A DNA stretch of 34,796 nucleotides from a virus (taxonomy: Duplodnaviria > Caudoviricetes): positions 1 through 34,796 of the IMG/VR virus record IMGVR_UViG_3300012943_000691; one strand, 5' to 3'. Positions 9,401 through 18,128 of this stretch are shown piece by piece. Each line of letters begins with the position of its first letter. The stretch's first letter is position 1. A program made the position numbers and the translations under genes. Below the pieces are notes generated by a model. It saw only the letters and a list, made by a program, of their open reading frames with translations, did not search any database and was not told the origin of the DNA.

Positions 9401-11503
9401 GAATGGCGTGCTCTCGGTCGGCCCGAACACGACCTCTCGCGAGAGATGAAGGACGGTTGCCGTGCTGCCGGCCTCCAGGCGCCCGGAGGCGGACCAAGAC
9501 GTCAGGTCGTGGCTGACCTGAATCTTGTCGCCCTTGATGCAGACGAGGCCCTCGATGTCGGTCTCGAAGCTGACCCGCTTGCGGAATAGGACCTGCGCAG
9601 CGGCCTGGAGTGTGGCCTCCCTGCCGGCCTGGTCCTTGTCGGTGATGCCCGCGATCAGGTACGACACGGACTTCAGTGGGTTTGTGACCCCGGGGACCAG
9701 CGCCCTCACCTCGTCGCGCTGCCAGCCGAGTTCGGGATTGATGAACTCGACCACGACCTCGTCGGCGAGGTTCTCGCTGACGTAGTTGACCTCGAACGTG
9801 CCGGCCTTGATGTTGGCCATGCCGAACATCTGCGTGACCGGCTGCTCCGCCTTGTCGTAGATGACGCCGAGCTTGCCGGTGGCGAGTGTCGGGATGCCTC
9901 GACCGACCCTGGCGATGGTCGATAGGACGTCGTCGACGCTCATGTCGACGTCGAGTATCCAGTTGAATTCCAGGTCCTTCGCCTCGCACCAGCTGGCCCA
10001 CTCGACGATCTTCGCGATGTCTATGCGATCATCCGGCAGACAGGCGCCATACATCTTCCTGCCGTCGGCGTCCTTCTTTCCTCGGGCGAAGTGCAGGTAC
10101 CACCACGCCGGGTTGCTCGTCTCCTGCAGTGACCAGACGCCGCCAGACCAGACGAGGGTCTTCGCGCTGGCGATTGCGTTGAGCCTGTCGATGGCCCCGC
10201 TGAGCTGGCCGCTGGCGCGGATGCTGACGCCGACGCGCGTCTGACCCGTGTAGTCCGCCTCGTCCGGCTGGTAGCTTCGAAGTGCGGACCACGACAGGTC
10301 GGCAGTTCTGTTCTTATGCTTGTCCCCGTCGTATCCGGGCTCATTCTGACCGGGAATGTCGAAGTTCAGCTTCTTGACCCGGACCTCGTACTGCCCCTGC
10401 TCCACCGCTCGATACAGCGACTGTCGGACGGCCCTAGGGCTAGCGTTCCGGATGCGGTAGCCGACGACCGACTGGACGGTCACCTCCTTGTATCCCTTGC
10501 CGTAGCGGACATTCTCGGTCTCGGTCCATGGCGTGACAGCGGTGAACGGGTACCACGTGTCCGTGCCGACCTTTCTGAAGTCGATTCCGAGCACGGCGTC
10601 TTCGTCCTTGTAGTTTCCCTTGTCGCTGACGCGGAACAGATTGCCGACGATGTCGATGCCGATGCCTACCGTGTCCACGCTCGTGGTCGATGTCACGGTG
10701 ACGTTGTACTTCAGCGCTCCACCGCCCTCGACGGTGTCGACGTTGCTGCGGACTAGCGTCTGCTTCCACGGATCGCGCTGCGGGCCGTTGTCGCCATTCG
10801 TGATTTGGTAAAGGCAGTCGTTGAAGTTCTCGATGGGCGTGTCGCCGATCTTCAGCTCCGACAGCGTGATGTCGCTCAGGCCGAAGTTGAACATCTGCTC
10901 AAGGATCTGGTCGTCGCCCTCGTAGAAGACGTACGGCTTGGAGCCGGCGTCGGCGAACATCCTGCTTCTTCCGAACACGATGGGCATCGGAGCGTAGGGC
11001 CGCATCTGGTTCGAGCCGCCGCTAAGCGAGTAGGTCGGCGAGGTGTCGGCAGGGTCCGCCTTCGGAATCTTCGGCTTGAACAGCTGGCTGATGAGGAGGT
11101 TGCCGGCCACCATGACTACGGCCTGGGCGGCGACGAGGGCGGTGCCCGTGAGGCCAGTGATGCCGGCAAGCGTGTACGGGCTGGCGGCGCCGTAGGTGAA
11201 GACAGTCAGTGCGATGAGCGCGATGATGGCGAGAATCTGTGAACCCTTGCCGCCCTCGACACCCTGGCGGACCGTGATGAGGTCATCGGCACCGACGACG
11301 GTCGTGTACAGGTCGATCCTTGAGAGCGACCTGCCGTTGACCTGGACCACGACCGGGTTCCTGCTGCTCAGGACGGAGATCCCGCAGCGCTCCAGCAGTT
11401 GGGCCACCGTCTCGTTCGGGACGTGGACTGCGGTGTGAGTGACCCTGCCGGCTTCGGGCAGCAGCGGGTGCTTGGAGTAGATGACTGTGTTCTGGCTTTG
11501 CAT
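6434..11503 (-). CDS. tail tip / host-specificity protein (lambda gpI+gpJ-like fusion)
   Basis: N-terminal ubiquitin-like/gpI region, PIVFGRSR, ETSNPAWW, FN3-like domain (LTPGQTYYFRLAAYDKFG), coiled-coil repeats, DUF1983-like AKYAVKVDVNGKVAGFGL...FAVAADKFAI. Confidence 0.92.
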   Translation of the reverse strand: MQSQNTVIYSKHPLLPEAGRVTHTAVHVPNETVAQLLERCGISVLSSRNPVVVQVNGRSLSRIDLYTTVVGADDLITVRQGVEGGKGSQILAIIALIALTVFTYGAASPYTLAGITGLTGTALVAAQAVVMVAGNLLISQLFKPKIPKADPADTSPTYSLSGGSNQMRPYAPMPIVFGRSRMFADAGSKPYVFYEGDDQILEQMFNFGLSDITLSELKIGDTPIENFNDCLYQITNGDNGPQRDPWKQTLVRSNVDTVEGGGALKYNVTVTSTTSVDTVGIGIDIVGNLFRVSDKGNYKDEDAVLGIDFRKVGTDTWYPFTAVTPWTETENVRYGKGYKEVTVQSVVGYRIRNASPRAVRQSLYRAVEQGQYEVRVKKLNFDIPGQNEPGYDGDKHKNRTADLSWSALRSYQPDEADYTGQTRVGVSIRASGQLSGAIDRLNAIASAKTLVWSGGVWSLQETSNPAWWYLHFARGKKDADGRKMYGACLPDDRIDIAKIVEWASWCEAKDLEFNWILDVDMSVDDVLSTIARVGRGIPTLATGKLGVIYDKAEQPVTQMFGMANIKAGTFEVNYVSENLADEVVVEFINPELGWQRDEVRALVPGVTNPLKSVSYLIAGITDKDQAGREATLQAAAQVLFRKRVSFETDIEGLVCIKGDKIQVSHDLTSWSASGRLEAGSTATVLHLSREVVFGPTESTPFVCIRYPDNTMVMRAVVPQAEGTTTTTITLSSPLPSSPSADADNAPQDYLFQFDPLATPGKAFKITSIEPLSENHCRIGAREESEAYYEAEGGAYVYVVPTLYNQNAPSISNIVVTEQLIDPTEDTVQVHVTWNLSGAESTLVRVAPPGGQYINLGVVSANSISFLWYERETITIELTPQSVVRLKSAPGTTVVQYKIAGTESLPEDVAAKVPDVNGLMLFGDTAQTMQFVGSDAKFTWRKVASGAAELGSELQGGDSGSGDKWFRDYEVKVLNPDNSVRRTEHVQDESYTYTYEKNFEDGSGTPTRSFKVEVRVRGTQGQFSSRPARIAVSNPAPATPTGINTTSAFSTVAISYGLPSDTDFAGVQVWMATETGFTPATENLVADTNTNTVVIGDLTPGQTYYFRLAAYDKFGKSGLNVSSEFSITTYKVQVEDLSPEVIALLTTGDADIAEELEDLNSAITSEIAARVAAVTAEAAARVAADNSEATTRAAAITTEATTRATADSALSSSITTLGTTVSGHTAAIASEVSTRSSADAALATDISTLNTTVGGHTSSISTISGSLSTLSGTVATHTTTLSSHSTDISGLNSTTATHTSQISTITSNVSSLSSSLSALSSTVGSNTAAISSEASTRASADSALSSSISTLSTTVSGNTASITTQASSINGIEAKYAVKVDVNGKVAGFGLISTANNGTPTSIFAVAADKFAIFDGSSDISPFTVSGGVVYMSNAVATNFAAGSITADKLNVSTISAIATSTGSLNVTGDVTVGTSGVIRSGKSSYGSGTGYLWEYNGGTPRFDIGNADAYMRWNGSGFEVKGTLQNYKPVYEAPFGSVLGYTSGSGGSGFSAAQQGMLRCYIVGDLCFVVFDFYRNGEGAYGGYSNGVAYYGTGNGTQFAINTNTGMPKPQADVEIGISLMDGGAMTPSFLTVERSTGYIRGYRMGASSTYVTRVNTGFTASGNKGIPYGTTLVYRWYSYYDGSNVIYA

Positions 11504-11508
11504 CCCAG

Positions 11509-11514
11509 TATTTA
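11509..11514 (-). promoter_or_regulatory. TAAATA promoter motif, 5 nt before the gpJ-like ATG (leaderless)
   Basis: CATAAATA-CTGGG-ATG; its TAA is also the stop of the upstream NlpC/P60 gene. Confidence 0.7.
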
Positions 11515-11937
11515 TGGTCGGGTCGCCGACGCGCCCACTTGGCCGATCCTGTAGAAGCCCTCAATCGAGAGGCTCGCCAGCACTCCGGAGCCGAGAGCGC
11601 TGATCGGGTGGAGGCAGGTTCCAGCCTTCGCCAAGTTGTGGAGGACGTAGGGCGTACCGCAGTACAGGACGTAGACGCCGACGTGCTTGAGAAAGCTCCC
11701 GTTGTTCATGAGGACGACGTCGCCGTCCTGGGGCACTTCGACCCACACCGTCTGCTTCGGAATCTCCTGGGAGATGATCGAGGTGAGCTCCTTCCAGTGG
11801 TATTCCTTGCGCTCAACGGGCAGGGCCACCTCGCGGCCGAACTGCTCGCGCTGGACGAGCATGACGAGGTCGCCGCAGTTCCAGTTGTCCTTGTCGTACG
11901 CCATGCCGACGTACGCCTCCGCCCAATGGGCAGACAT
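11512..11937 (-). CDS. NlpC/P60-like tail assembly protein (gpK C-terminal-like)
   Basis: start re-called at MSAHWAEAYVG; WNCGDLV (Cys), DGDVVLM, KHVGVY (His), VLHN. Confidence 0.85.
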   Translation of the reverse strand: MSAHWAEAYVGMAYDKDNWNCGDLVMLVQREQFGREVALPVERKEYHWKELTSIISQEIPKQTVWVEVPQDGDVVLMNNGSFLKHVGVYVLYCGTPYVLHNLAKAGTCLHPISALGSGVLASLSIEGFYRIGQVGASATRP

Positions 11938-12404
11938 CAGAAGAGTCCGGGCGCTCTGGCCGGCGTGTAGGTCCACATGCAGGCAGGCGAGTTCCAGATG
12001 TCGTCGTACGCCAGGGTGGCGGTGACGACCTGGTTGTTCATGGACACGTTCGAGAGGTTCAGCTTGAGCGACCACTCGACGGTGTCGGGGTCGCTGCGGA
12101 GCACCTGCGACAGCGTCGCCGTCGCGCCCTGCGCGCCGTTGCTCGTGTCGACCCAGTAGACGAGCTCGCGACTCACGTTGTCGACGGCGAGCTGCGCAGT
12201 GGGGGCACCTGTCTCCGGCTGCGAAGGCATCGCGACGGTGAAGCCGCACGCCTGCCAGAGATGGCCGCCGCTGGTCAGGTCCTCGCGGTCGTTGACGACC
12301 CTGATCGGCGTCTCCAGGTCTGCGTGGTCGATCTGGAGACGGATGATCGGGAACTCGTCTGCGGCGAGCGCGTTGACGGTCTTGTTGAAGTTCGCGGACG
12401 TCAC
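11937..12404 (-). CDS. minor tail protein (DUF1833 / gpL-like)
   Basis: LQIDHADLETPIRVVND...WQACGF...QLAVDNVSREL...YTPARAPGLF; position between Dit-like and NlpC/P60 genes. Confidence 0.82.
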   Translation of the reverse strand: MTSANFNKTVNALAADEFPIIRLQIDHADLETPIRVVNDREDLTSGGHLWQACGFTVAMPSQPETGAPTAQLAVDNVSRELVYWVDTSNGAQGATATLSQVLRSDPDTVEWSLKLNLSNVSMNNQVVTATLAYDDIWNSPACMWTYTPARAPGLF

Positions 12405-12754
12405 AGGATCGCCTCGACGTTCAGCGTGACCCTATAGTGGGTCTTCCTCGGAGATACGGGCTGCGCTCGGAACGTTCCGTCAGTGCATCGGACCTCAATC
12501 GCCCCCTCACCGAGGTCGATGTTGAACCACTTGCTACCGTACTTTGAGGTTGTCGGCCACCACGTCGACTTGAACGACGCGTAGTCGCCAGCCGTCATGA
12601 TCACGGGCACGGAGAAATTGATGGTCGTCTTCGACTGCTTGGGCGCGGTCTTGGCCGGGCCGCTCTCCATCTCTGTGCGATACAGGTTGCCGACGACCTC
12701 CTCGGAGACCTCGCCGTGCAATACCTGCGCTGTTGGGAAGCTGATGTCGGCCAT
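12401..12754 (-). CDS. distal tail protein (gpM-like)
   Basis: RTEMESGPAK and KYGSKWF motifs; directly after tape measure. Confidence 0.75.
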   Translation of the reverse strand: MADISFPTAQVLHGEVSEEVVGNLYRTEMESGPAKTAPKQSKTTINFSVPVIMTAGDYASFKSTWWPTTSKYGSKWFNIDLGEGAIEVRCTDGTFRAQPVSPRKTHYRVTLNVEAIL

Positions 12755-14677
12755 TTAGCGTCGTCCTCGTTGCAGTCCGAACGCTCCCTGCATGCCCGAC
12801 GAGATTGGCCCGGCGCGCTTGAGGTCATCGAGGATGATCGTCGCGACGAGCCCGTCAGGAGACTGCGTGGCTTGCGCGCTGACCGCCTTCTGTGGTGTCC
12901 CCTTATTTATGACCTCCACGCGAACCGCCGAAGCGCCACCACTCGACGGCGCACCCGGGGAGATCGTGCCAGGCACGTCCGGTTTGAAGTACTCGACCTT
13001 CTTCTGGTGTGAGCCGCCGCTGATTTGGTAGACGCTGCCGACGCTTGTGCGGCCTCCTGCTGCGCGAGTGGGGGCAGCCTTGCCGCCGAAGGCTGAGCCG
13101 ATGGCTCCGAGGAAGCCGCCCTTGCCGGCCAATCCCCCGAACAGGCCGGTCAGCGACTCCATGAGCTTGGCCTTGAGGAGGTTGGCGATGTACGCCCTGA
13201 AGAACCTGTCGAGGCTGAGCTTGCCGGTCTCGGCGAAGTTTCCGACCGCATCGAGCAGATTGCCGAACGTCTCCTCACCGGCCGCTTGGAGATCGCCAAG
13301 TGCAAGTGTCCACGGGTCGATGTTGACCTCGGGCATTGGGATGTCGATGACCATCTCGGAACCCGCCTTCTCAAGCATCTCCTCTAGTTCTTTGTCGAGC
13401 TGCTCCTGGAGCTCCTTGTGTTGCTCCCTTAGTTCTGCGTTGCTCTTCTCGTCGAGGGCCTTGAGCGCGTCGTAGTAGTTCGCGTCGGCCTCAAGCCTGC
13501 GCATGAGCGCGTCGTTCGCCGTGATATAGCGGCCCTTCTCCAGCTTGTCGATGATCGACATCGTCTCGGAGTAGTCATCCTCGATCTTCTGATTGGCGGT
13601 GCGCGTCTGATCGAGCCACTTGTCGATCTCCTTCTGACGCTCTTCGGCGGCCTTCTTCTCCTCATCGGTCGGGCCAGTCTTCGGTTTGGTCTTTGGCTTG
13701 TATACGCGACCGTTCTGCGGCCCGCCTCCGCTGCCTCTCGATTCCTCGCTCGCGAGCATCTGCTCCAGAATTCTGGTGTTCTCGACGACAGTGTTGTCCG
13801 GGTTGGCGGCGGCGATCCGCGCACGCATCTCGTCAATTCTCTTGTTCTCGCGTCCCCACTCGACGAGTGTCGAGAGAGCGCCCGCGATGCTCGCCTTAAC
13901 CTTGGCCCAGCCGACAGCGAGCTCGGCCAGATCCGCCGTTGACTTGATCTTGAGCGCCTCGGTTACCTGCTGGAGCGCGTCGACCTTGTCCTTGGCCTCG
14001 GCCAGCTCGCGGATCATCTCCTCATCTAGAACGACGCCAGCGGTCCTCGCCGCCTCTTTCAGCTTCTCGACGCCGTCGGCACCCTTCTCGGCCATGACAG
14101 CAATGGCGGCGCCGGACTTGCCGAAGATGTCAGCGGCGGCAGCCGCGCGAGAGGCGTGGTCCGGTATGCGCTGAAGCGCGTCTGCGAATCGATTGAACGA
14201 CTGCTCCGCGTTGAGTCCTATGAAGTCGTTAACGGTGAGGCCGAGCCTCTCTAGTGTCTCGATGGCCTGCTTGTTGCCAGACAGCGCATCGCCGACCACG
14301 CGGTTCATCGTGCGGAAGCCGACGTTGAACTCCGAGACGTTGACGCCCGACTGCTGAGCTGCAAAGCCGAGCTCTTGGAACGCCTCGGCCGAGAGGCCAA
14401 GCTGCTTGCTTGTGTCGGCGATGTTGTCGCCGAATGCAATTGCGGTGTTACCGAGCTGCACTAGGCCAGCCACTGCTAGCGCGACTCCGGCAGGGCCTGC
14501 GAAGCGCGCCACGGCGGCGGTCGCCGAGTCGAACGCCTTGCCGACCACGCCGCCGGTCTTCTCAGTGTTGTCCGCGAAGTCCTTGACTGAGCGTCGGGCC
14601 TTCTGGAGATCGGCAACCAGTAACTTCTGGTCGGCCCTGATCTCAATCAGGAGATCTTCGGTCGACGGGCCGGCCAT
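12755..14677 (-). CDS. tail tape measure protein (about 640 aa)
   Basis: Ala-rich helical; SKQLGLSAEAFQELGFAAQQSG, AADIFGKSGA, RAAGGRT; start MAGPSTEDL overlaps upstream stop. Confidence 0.92.
   Translation of the reverse strand: MAGPSTEDLLIEIRADQKLLVADLQKARRSVKDFADNTEKTGGVVGKAFDSATAAVARFAGPAGVALAVAGLVQLGNTAIAFGDNIADTSKQLGLSAEAFQELGFAAQQSGVNVSEFNVGFRTMNRVVGDALSGNKQAIETLERLGLTVNDFIGLNAEQSFNRFADALQRIPDHASRAAAAADIFGKSGAAIAVMAEKGADGVEKLKEAARTAGVVLDEEMIRELAEAKDKVDALQQVTEALKIKSTADLAELAVGWAKVKASIAGALSTLVEWGRENKRIDEMRARIAAANPDNTVVENTRILEQMLASEESRGSGGGPQNGRVYKPKTKPKTGPTDEEKKAAEERQKEIDKWLDQTRTANQKIEDDYSETMSIIDKLEKGRYITANDALMRRLEADANYYDALKALDEKSNAELREQHKELQEQLDKELEEMLEKAGSEMVIDIPMPEVNIDPWTLALGDLQAAGEETFGNLLDAVGNFAETGKLSLDRFFRAYIANLLKAKLMESLTGLFGGLAGKGGFLGAIGSAFGGKAAPTRAAGGRTSVGSVYQISGGSHQKKVEYFKPDVPGTISPGAPSSGGASAVRVEVINKGTPQKAVSAQATQSPDGLVATIILDDLKRAGPISSGMQGAFGLQRGRR
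12904..12909 (-). promoter_or_regulatory. intragenic TAAATA motif at the 3' end of the tape measure gene, 150 nt before the tail-tip genes
   Basis: GTC ATA AAT AAG uses AT-ending codons unusual for this gene. Confidence 0.5.
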
Positions 14678-15225
14678 CAGTGCGCCCATCCCATGTCTCG
14701 GAGGATCGCAGTCTCCTCATCGTCGAAGCCGGCGAATTCGCCACTCCTCTCGACGATGAGCGCTGCGGTGGCCGAGCAGAACTCGATCATCGTCATGGCC
14801 CAAAACTCGCGGGGCGGCAGATGCCACTGCCCGACCGCGACGCCGAGATACTCGGCGTAGTCGAGCTTGGTGTCGCCGTTGACCTTCGTGGACTTTGCCT
14901 TCTTGGCTATTGCGGCACCGCCATCGAGGGCACGCATGAGGAACTCAGTCGCGACGTCAGCCGCCTTCGGCACGCCGACCTCAAATATCCACTTGGCTAC
15001 CTCGTCGTCGCAGAGTGCAGAGTCGGCTGCGCTGAGGCCGGCAAGGATGACGGCCTTAAGCTCAGTGAGGGTGGCTTGATACTTGGCGACACGATCGATG
15101 AGCCTGAAGATGCTGAGACCTGTGGAGACCTCGCACTCGACCATCGCAGAGAAGGTGGGACGGAGAACGTACCTCACCCCACCAAGCTCAATCCCCACTT
15201 CTGATCGGTGGGGATTAGGCATCAT
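14677..15225 (-). CDS. tail assembly chaperone, G and T domains fused in frame (GTA-gp10-like + TAC C-terminal)
   Basis: PNPHRSEVGIELGGVRYVLRPTFSAMVECE N-domain; LPPREFWAMTMIEF C-domain; lies between tube and tape measure genes. Confidence 0.82.
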   Translation of the reverse strand: MMPNPHRSEVGIELGGVRYVLRPTFSAMVECEVSTGLSIFRLIDRVAKYQATLTELKAVILAGLSAADSALCDDEVAKWIFEVGVPKAADVATEFLMRALDGGAAIAKKAKSTKVNGDTKLDYAEYLGVAVGQWHLPPREFWAMTMIEFCSATAALIVERSGEFAGFDDEETAILRDMGWAH

Positions 15226-15644
15226 TAGCTACCTGCTCCCTCGAACACGATCACGCCGGCCGATTCGAGTGTCGCCGAGAAGGTGACCTCTCCGTTGTGC
15301 TCGCCGGCATTCTCGTAGGAGGTGACCTGGAACGGGCCGGTGAACGTGTCGCCGTTGCCGCGCTTCAGCTGGTAGTTGCCGATGGTCGATGCGAGTGCAG
15401 CAGCCTCTAGTAGAGCCTCGTTTCCCTCCTTTACTACACCTGAGACGGACATCGACATCGACGTGATGCCAGCTCCCTCCAGGAGCTCGCGCCAGCCGTT
15501 GCTGCTCTTGCTCGTGATGTCGACGGACTCGCCGTTGATTGTCATCGAGTTGGAGCGCGCGGCCGCGACGTCGGTGAAGGACTCGGACGGGCTTTCGCCA
15601 TCGCCCACTGCCAGTATGAAAAGCTTTCCCTTAATTGCGGACAT
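15225..15644 (-). CDS. major tail (tube) protein, TP901-1/GTA family
   Basis: KGKLFILAVGDG, VDITSKSSNGWRELL, FTGPFQVTSYENAGEHNGEVTFSATLESAG. Confidence 0.93.
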   Translation of the reverse strand: MSAIKGKLFILAVGDGESPSESFTDVAAARSNSMTINGESVDITSKSSNGWRELLEGAGITSMSMSVSGVVKEGNEALLEAAALASTIGNYQLKRGNGDTFTGPFQVTSYENAGEHNGEVTFSATLESAGVIVFEGAGS

Positions 15645-15696
15645 TGTTCTTACCTCAAGGTTTGTTATTCGAAGTGGTGTTGCGCAACCACGCTTG

Positions 15697-15702
15697 TATT
15701 TA
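15697..15702 (-). promoter_or_regulatory. TAAATA promoter motif upstream of the tail tube gene
   Basis: GCATAAATACAAGCG; TAA doubles as stop of the DUF3168 gene; SD GAGG before ATG 15644. Confidence 0.7.
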
Positions 15703-16110
15703 TGCCGGCTGCTCTACGACCAGCCGGAAGCGCTGCACCCCGTGGAACGTCGTTCCGTCCGGGTCCGTGATTACCGATTGCGAGACATACCTGACGGACA
15801 CGCAGTTGAAGCCCGCGATTGAAAGCGAGGCGTCATGCAGACAGGCAAGGATCGCCGCCATGATCTGCTTGAGGCGCACGCTCGACTGGCCCCTGTCCCA
15901 GGTGTGAACGGTGAGCTCGAACTCCTGGCCGTCGTGCCCGGCGGTGCTCCAATCGACGCCGGTCAGCTCGCCGATGGTCACGAACGGGTCGACTGCCGGC
16001 TTAGGGACGCGGTCGTAGATCTTGGTGCCGCCCAGTATTGAGGTGAGCTCCTCCGCAGCGGCGAGCGCGGCGTAGATGGCGGCCTGGGTTGGAAGTGTCG
16101 CGTCAAGCAT
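15700..16110 (-). CDS. tail terminator / tail completion protein (DUF3168, gp17-like)
   Basis: start re-called at MLDATLPTQAAIYAAL; IYDRVP, PFVTIG, DWST, LTVHTW, HGVQRFRLVVE. Confidence 0.88.
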   Translation of the reverse strand: MLDATLPTQAAIYAALAAAEELTSILGGTKIYDRVPKPAVDPFVTIGELTGVDWSTAGHDGQEFELTVHTWDRGQSSVRLKQIMAAILACLHDASLSIAGFNCVSVRYVSQSVITDPDGTTFHGVQRFRLVVEQPA

Positions 16111-16541
16111 CAGTTCTTCCCCCAGTACTTCTGGACGGTGCGCTTGATCGCGGCCTTGATCCGAGAGTTGATCCTGTCCTTGTTCTTGAAGGTGGCCGGG
16201 TAGAGCCACGGCCTCGGCTCCATGTTCCTGGTGCCCCACTCGGTCCACAGGCCAACCGGGCTGTCGGTGCCGACCGTGGCGGACATGCCGTCGGCGCTAG
16301 GCTTCACGCGGATGGAGCTGATGAGCCCGCCCTCGTCGGTGGCAGGTGCCTCGCCTGGCGTGGAAGCGATGTGGTCGCCGTACTCCCGGCCAGTCTTGAG
16401 GCCATGGGCGATGCTCTCGACGGCGTCCTTGTGGATCGCGTACGCGCCTGCGAGCACCTCCTTGCGGACCTCACTTGTGTCGGCGCCGATGCTTTGGAGC
16501 TTGGCGATGATGCTGTTTGTGCCCTTGACCTTGATCCTCAT
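16110..16541 (-). CDS. HK97 gp10-family tail component
   Basis: ASTPGEAPATDEGGLISSI and EWGTRNMEPRPWLYPA motifs. Confidence 0.9.
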   Translation of the reverse strand: MRIKVKGTNSIIAKLQSIGADTSEVRKEVLAGAYAIHKDAVESIAHGLKTGREYGDHIASTPGEAPATDEGGLISSIRVKPSADGMSATVGTDSPVGLWTEWGTRNMEPRPWLYPATFKNKDRINSRIKAAIKRTVQKYWGKN

Positions 16542-17299
16542 CGGACGTCTCCGGACTCGACGCAGATGAGCTCGACGAACTCGACGTTCCCCTCGTTGAT
16601 GTTGGCGATCGCGCTGATCGACATCTCGCGCCCGTCGTAGTGAATCGCGTCGTCGACCGTGATGCCAGGCGAGCCTGGTGTTCCTGGGATGAAGTCGTTG
16701 CCGACTCCAGGGACCGATACGTAGCTGTTCCAGTTGGCGAGTTTGGTGAGGAGGTTCGTCTCCTCTCCCCCGACGTTCGCGGCGACCGTGCCAACCCCCT
16801 CAGCCGGGGTTAGGCGGAGCGTGCCGTCGACGATGGACCCGACCACCGGGGCCTGCCCTTCGATCTGTTCGATCAGTTCCGCATAGGTCTGCGCGTCCTG
16901 ACCGACGACCGCAATTGAATGCGGAACTCCACCCACCGTGAAGACGTTCGCAAGCTCGGTGGCGTCGTTTGGCAGGCCTGTGGGATCAGCGTCGTCAGAG
17001 AGGGGCACCGCGAACGTGACCAGGAGGTAGCCTGGCGCGAACGGAACGGCAGGGACCTCCTCCACCGCCTCGACCCGCGGGATGGAATCCTTGCGAATCA
17101 CCACGCGCTGGCCGACAGACTGCTCGGGGCGACCTGCTCGCTGCAGTGCGCCCTTACTGGCAGCCTCGATGAGTGCCCAAGTCGTGCCGCGGGACACCCA
17201 CGCGACGTCGAATCCGCCTATGGAGTCGGGCGTGCGGACGCGCCCCTTGACCTCGATAGGGCAGCGCAGCTGGCTGATCTTCGCCTTTGACAGGGCCAT
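16538..17299 (-). CDS. head closure / head-tail adaptor (SPP1 gp16-like) with a large internal insertion
   Basis: LRCPIEVK..TPDSIGGF..W..TWALIE N-part and DAIHYDGREMSISAI...VELICVE C-part separated by about 140 extra aa. Confidence 0.8.
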   Translation of the reverse strand: MALSKAKISQLRCPIEVKGRVRTPDSIGGFDVAWVSRGTTWALIEAASKGALQRAGRPEQSVGQRVVIRKDSIPRVEAVEEVPAVPFAPGYLLVTFAVPLSDDADPTGLPNDATELANVFTVGGVPHSIAVVGQDAQTYAELIEQIEGQAPVVGSIVDGTLRLTPAEGVGTVAANVGGEETNLLTKLANWNSYVSVPGVGNDFIPGTPGSPGITVDDAIHYDGREMSISAIANINEGNVEFVELICVESGDVR

Positions 17300-17838
17300 C
17301 AGACGACTACCTCGCGGGGCCAGAGTGCGACCACGATTGGCGGAATCTGGTCGGCCGTCTCTCGGTTCTCATACATGTGTGAGATGAGGTGCTTCATGCC
17401 CTGAAGGAGCGTGTGTGGCACGTCAGACGCGGCGACGTACCTGACCTTCACGCCGGCTATCGGCCTCACGACTTCGGGCCACGATGCGCCGTCCTTGAGC
17501 ACGATGCGGCGGCTGGCGGGATCGGCCACGAAGTTGTCGGCAGAGAACTCCGTCTCGCCGGCCTCTCCCTCCGAGGTGACAACGGCGATGCCCGACACTT
17601 CGGCCACTGGGCCCTTCGCGAGCGTCAGCGTGTCACCGCAGGGGAACGAGTCCATCGTCTGCGTGACCGCCTGACCGGCGAGGAGCAGACCGGTGTAGCG
17701 CTCGCAGTGAGCGCGCGCGGCGCTGATGAGAGCGGAGACCAGATCGTCCTCAAGATTGTGGGTAATGCGGAGGAATGCCTTCGCCTCGTCAGTGGTGATT
17801 GGCTCGGACGTTGCCGGAGCCACGGTTACATTGATCAT
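17299..17838 (-). CDS. head-tail connector (HK97 gp6 / phiE125 gp8-like)
   Basis: EPITTDEAKAFLRI..EDDLVSALISAARAHCERYTG, VPHTLLQGMKHLISHMYENRE. Confidence 0.92.
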   Translation of the reverse strand: MINVTVAPATSEPITTDEAKAFLRITHNLEDDLVSALISAARAHCERYTGLLLAGQAVTQTMDSFPCGDTLTLAKGPVAEVSGIAVVTSEGEAGETEFSADNFVADPASRRIVLKDGASWPEVVRPIAGVKVRYVAASDVPHTLLQGMKHLISHMYENRETADQIPPIVVALWPREVVV

Positions 17839-18038
17839 TTGGTCTCCATCGCAGGCGTCCTGCGTGCGCGCGGCCTCGGCTGCGAGACCTCGTAGTGCTC
17901 AATGGGCACGACGAGTCCCGCGAGGGCGGCCGGGCCAATCTCGTCGGCCGGCATGTCAAAGACGTCGCGGCGCAGCCGCTGCACAGATAGGCACCCCACG
18001 TGCTGGGTGAGGGTCGTGATGGCTCTAACTTTCGGCAT
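17835..18038 (-). CDS. small hypothetical protein after the capsid gene
   Basis: 67 aa; ATGA-coupled to the connector gene; preceded by TAAATA. Confidence 0.6.
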   Translation of the reverse strand: MPKVRAITTLTQHVGCLSVQRLRRDVFDMPADEIGPAALAGLVVPIEHYEVSQPRPRARRTPAMETK

Positions 18039-18063
18039 GGCTCGCTCGTCGGGCTGATGGATG

Positions 18064-18069
18064 TATTTA
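18064..18069 (-). promoter_or_regulatory. TAAATA promoter immediately after the capsid terminator
   Basis: GTAAATACATCCAT, 25 nt before ATG 18038. Confidence 0.72.
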
Positions 18070-18070
18070 C

Positions 18071-18105
18071 AAAGAAGAAGGCCCGGGACCTTTCGATCCC
18101 GGGCC
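18071..18105 (-). terminator. Rho-independent terminator after the major capsid gene
   Basis: GGCCCGGGATC-GAAA-GGTCCCGGGCC followed by TTCTTCTTT. Confidence 0.88.
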
Positions 18106-18128
18106 GATTCCGTCGGTCTGGACTGCGA

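Noticed and set aside
11512-11937. NlpC/P60 gene as the missing endolysin
   Set aside because: Its position between gpL-like and gpI/J-like genes marks it as the gpK-type tail assembly protein.
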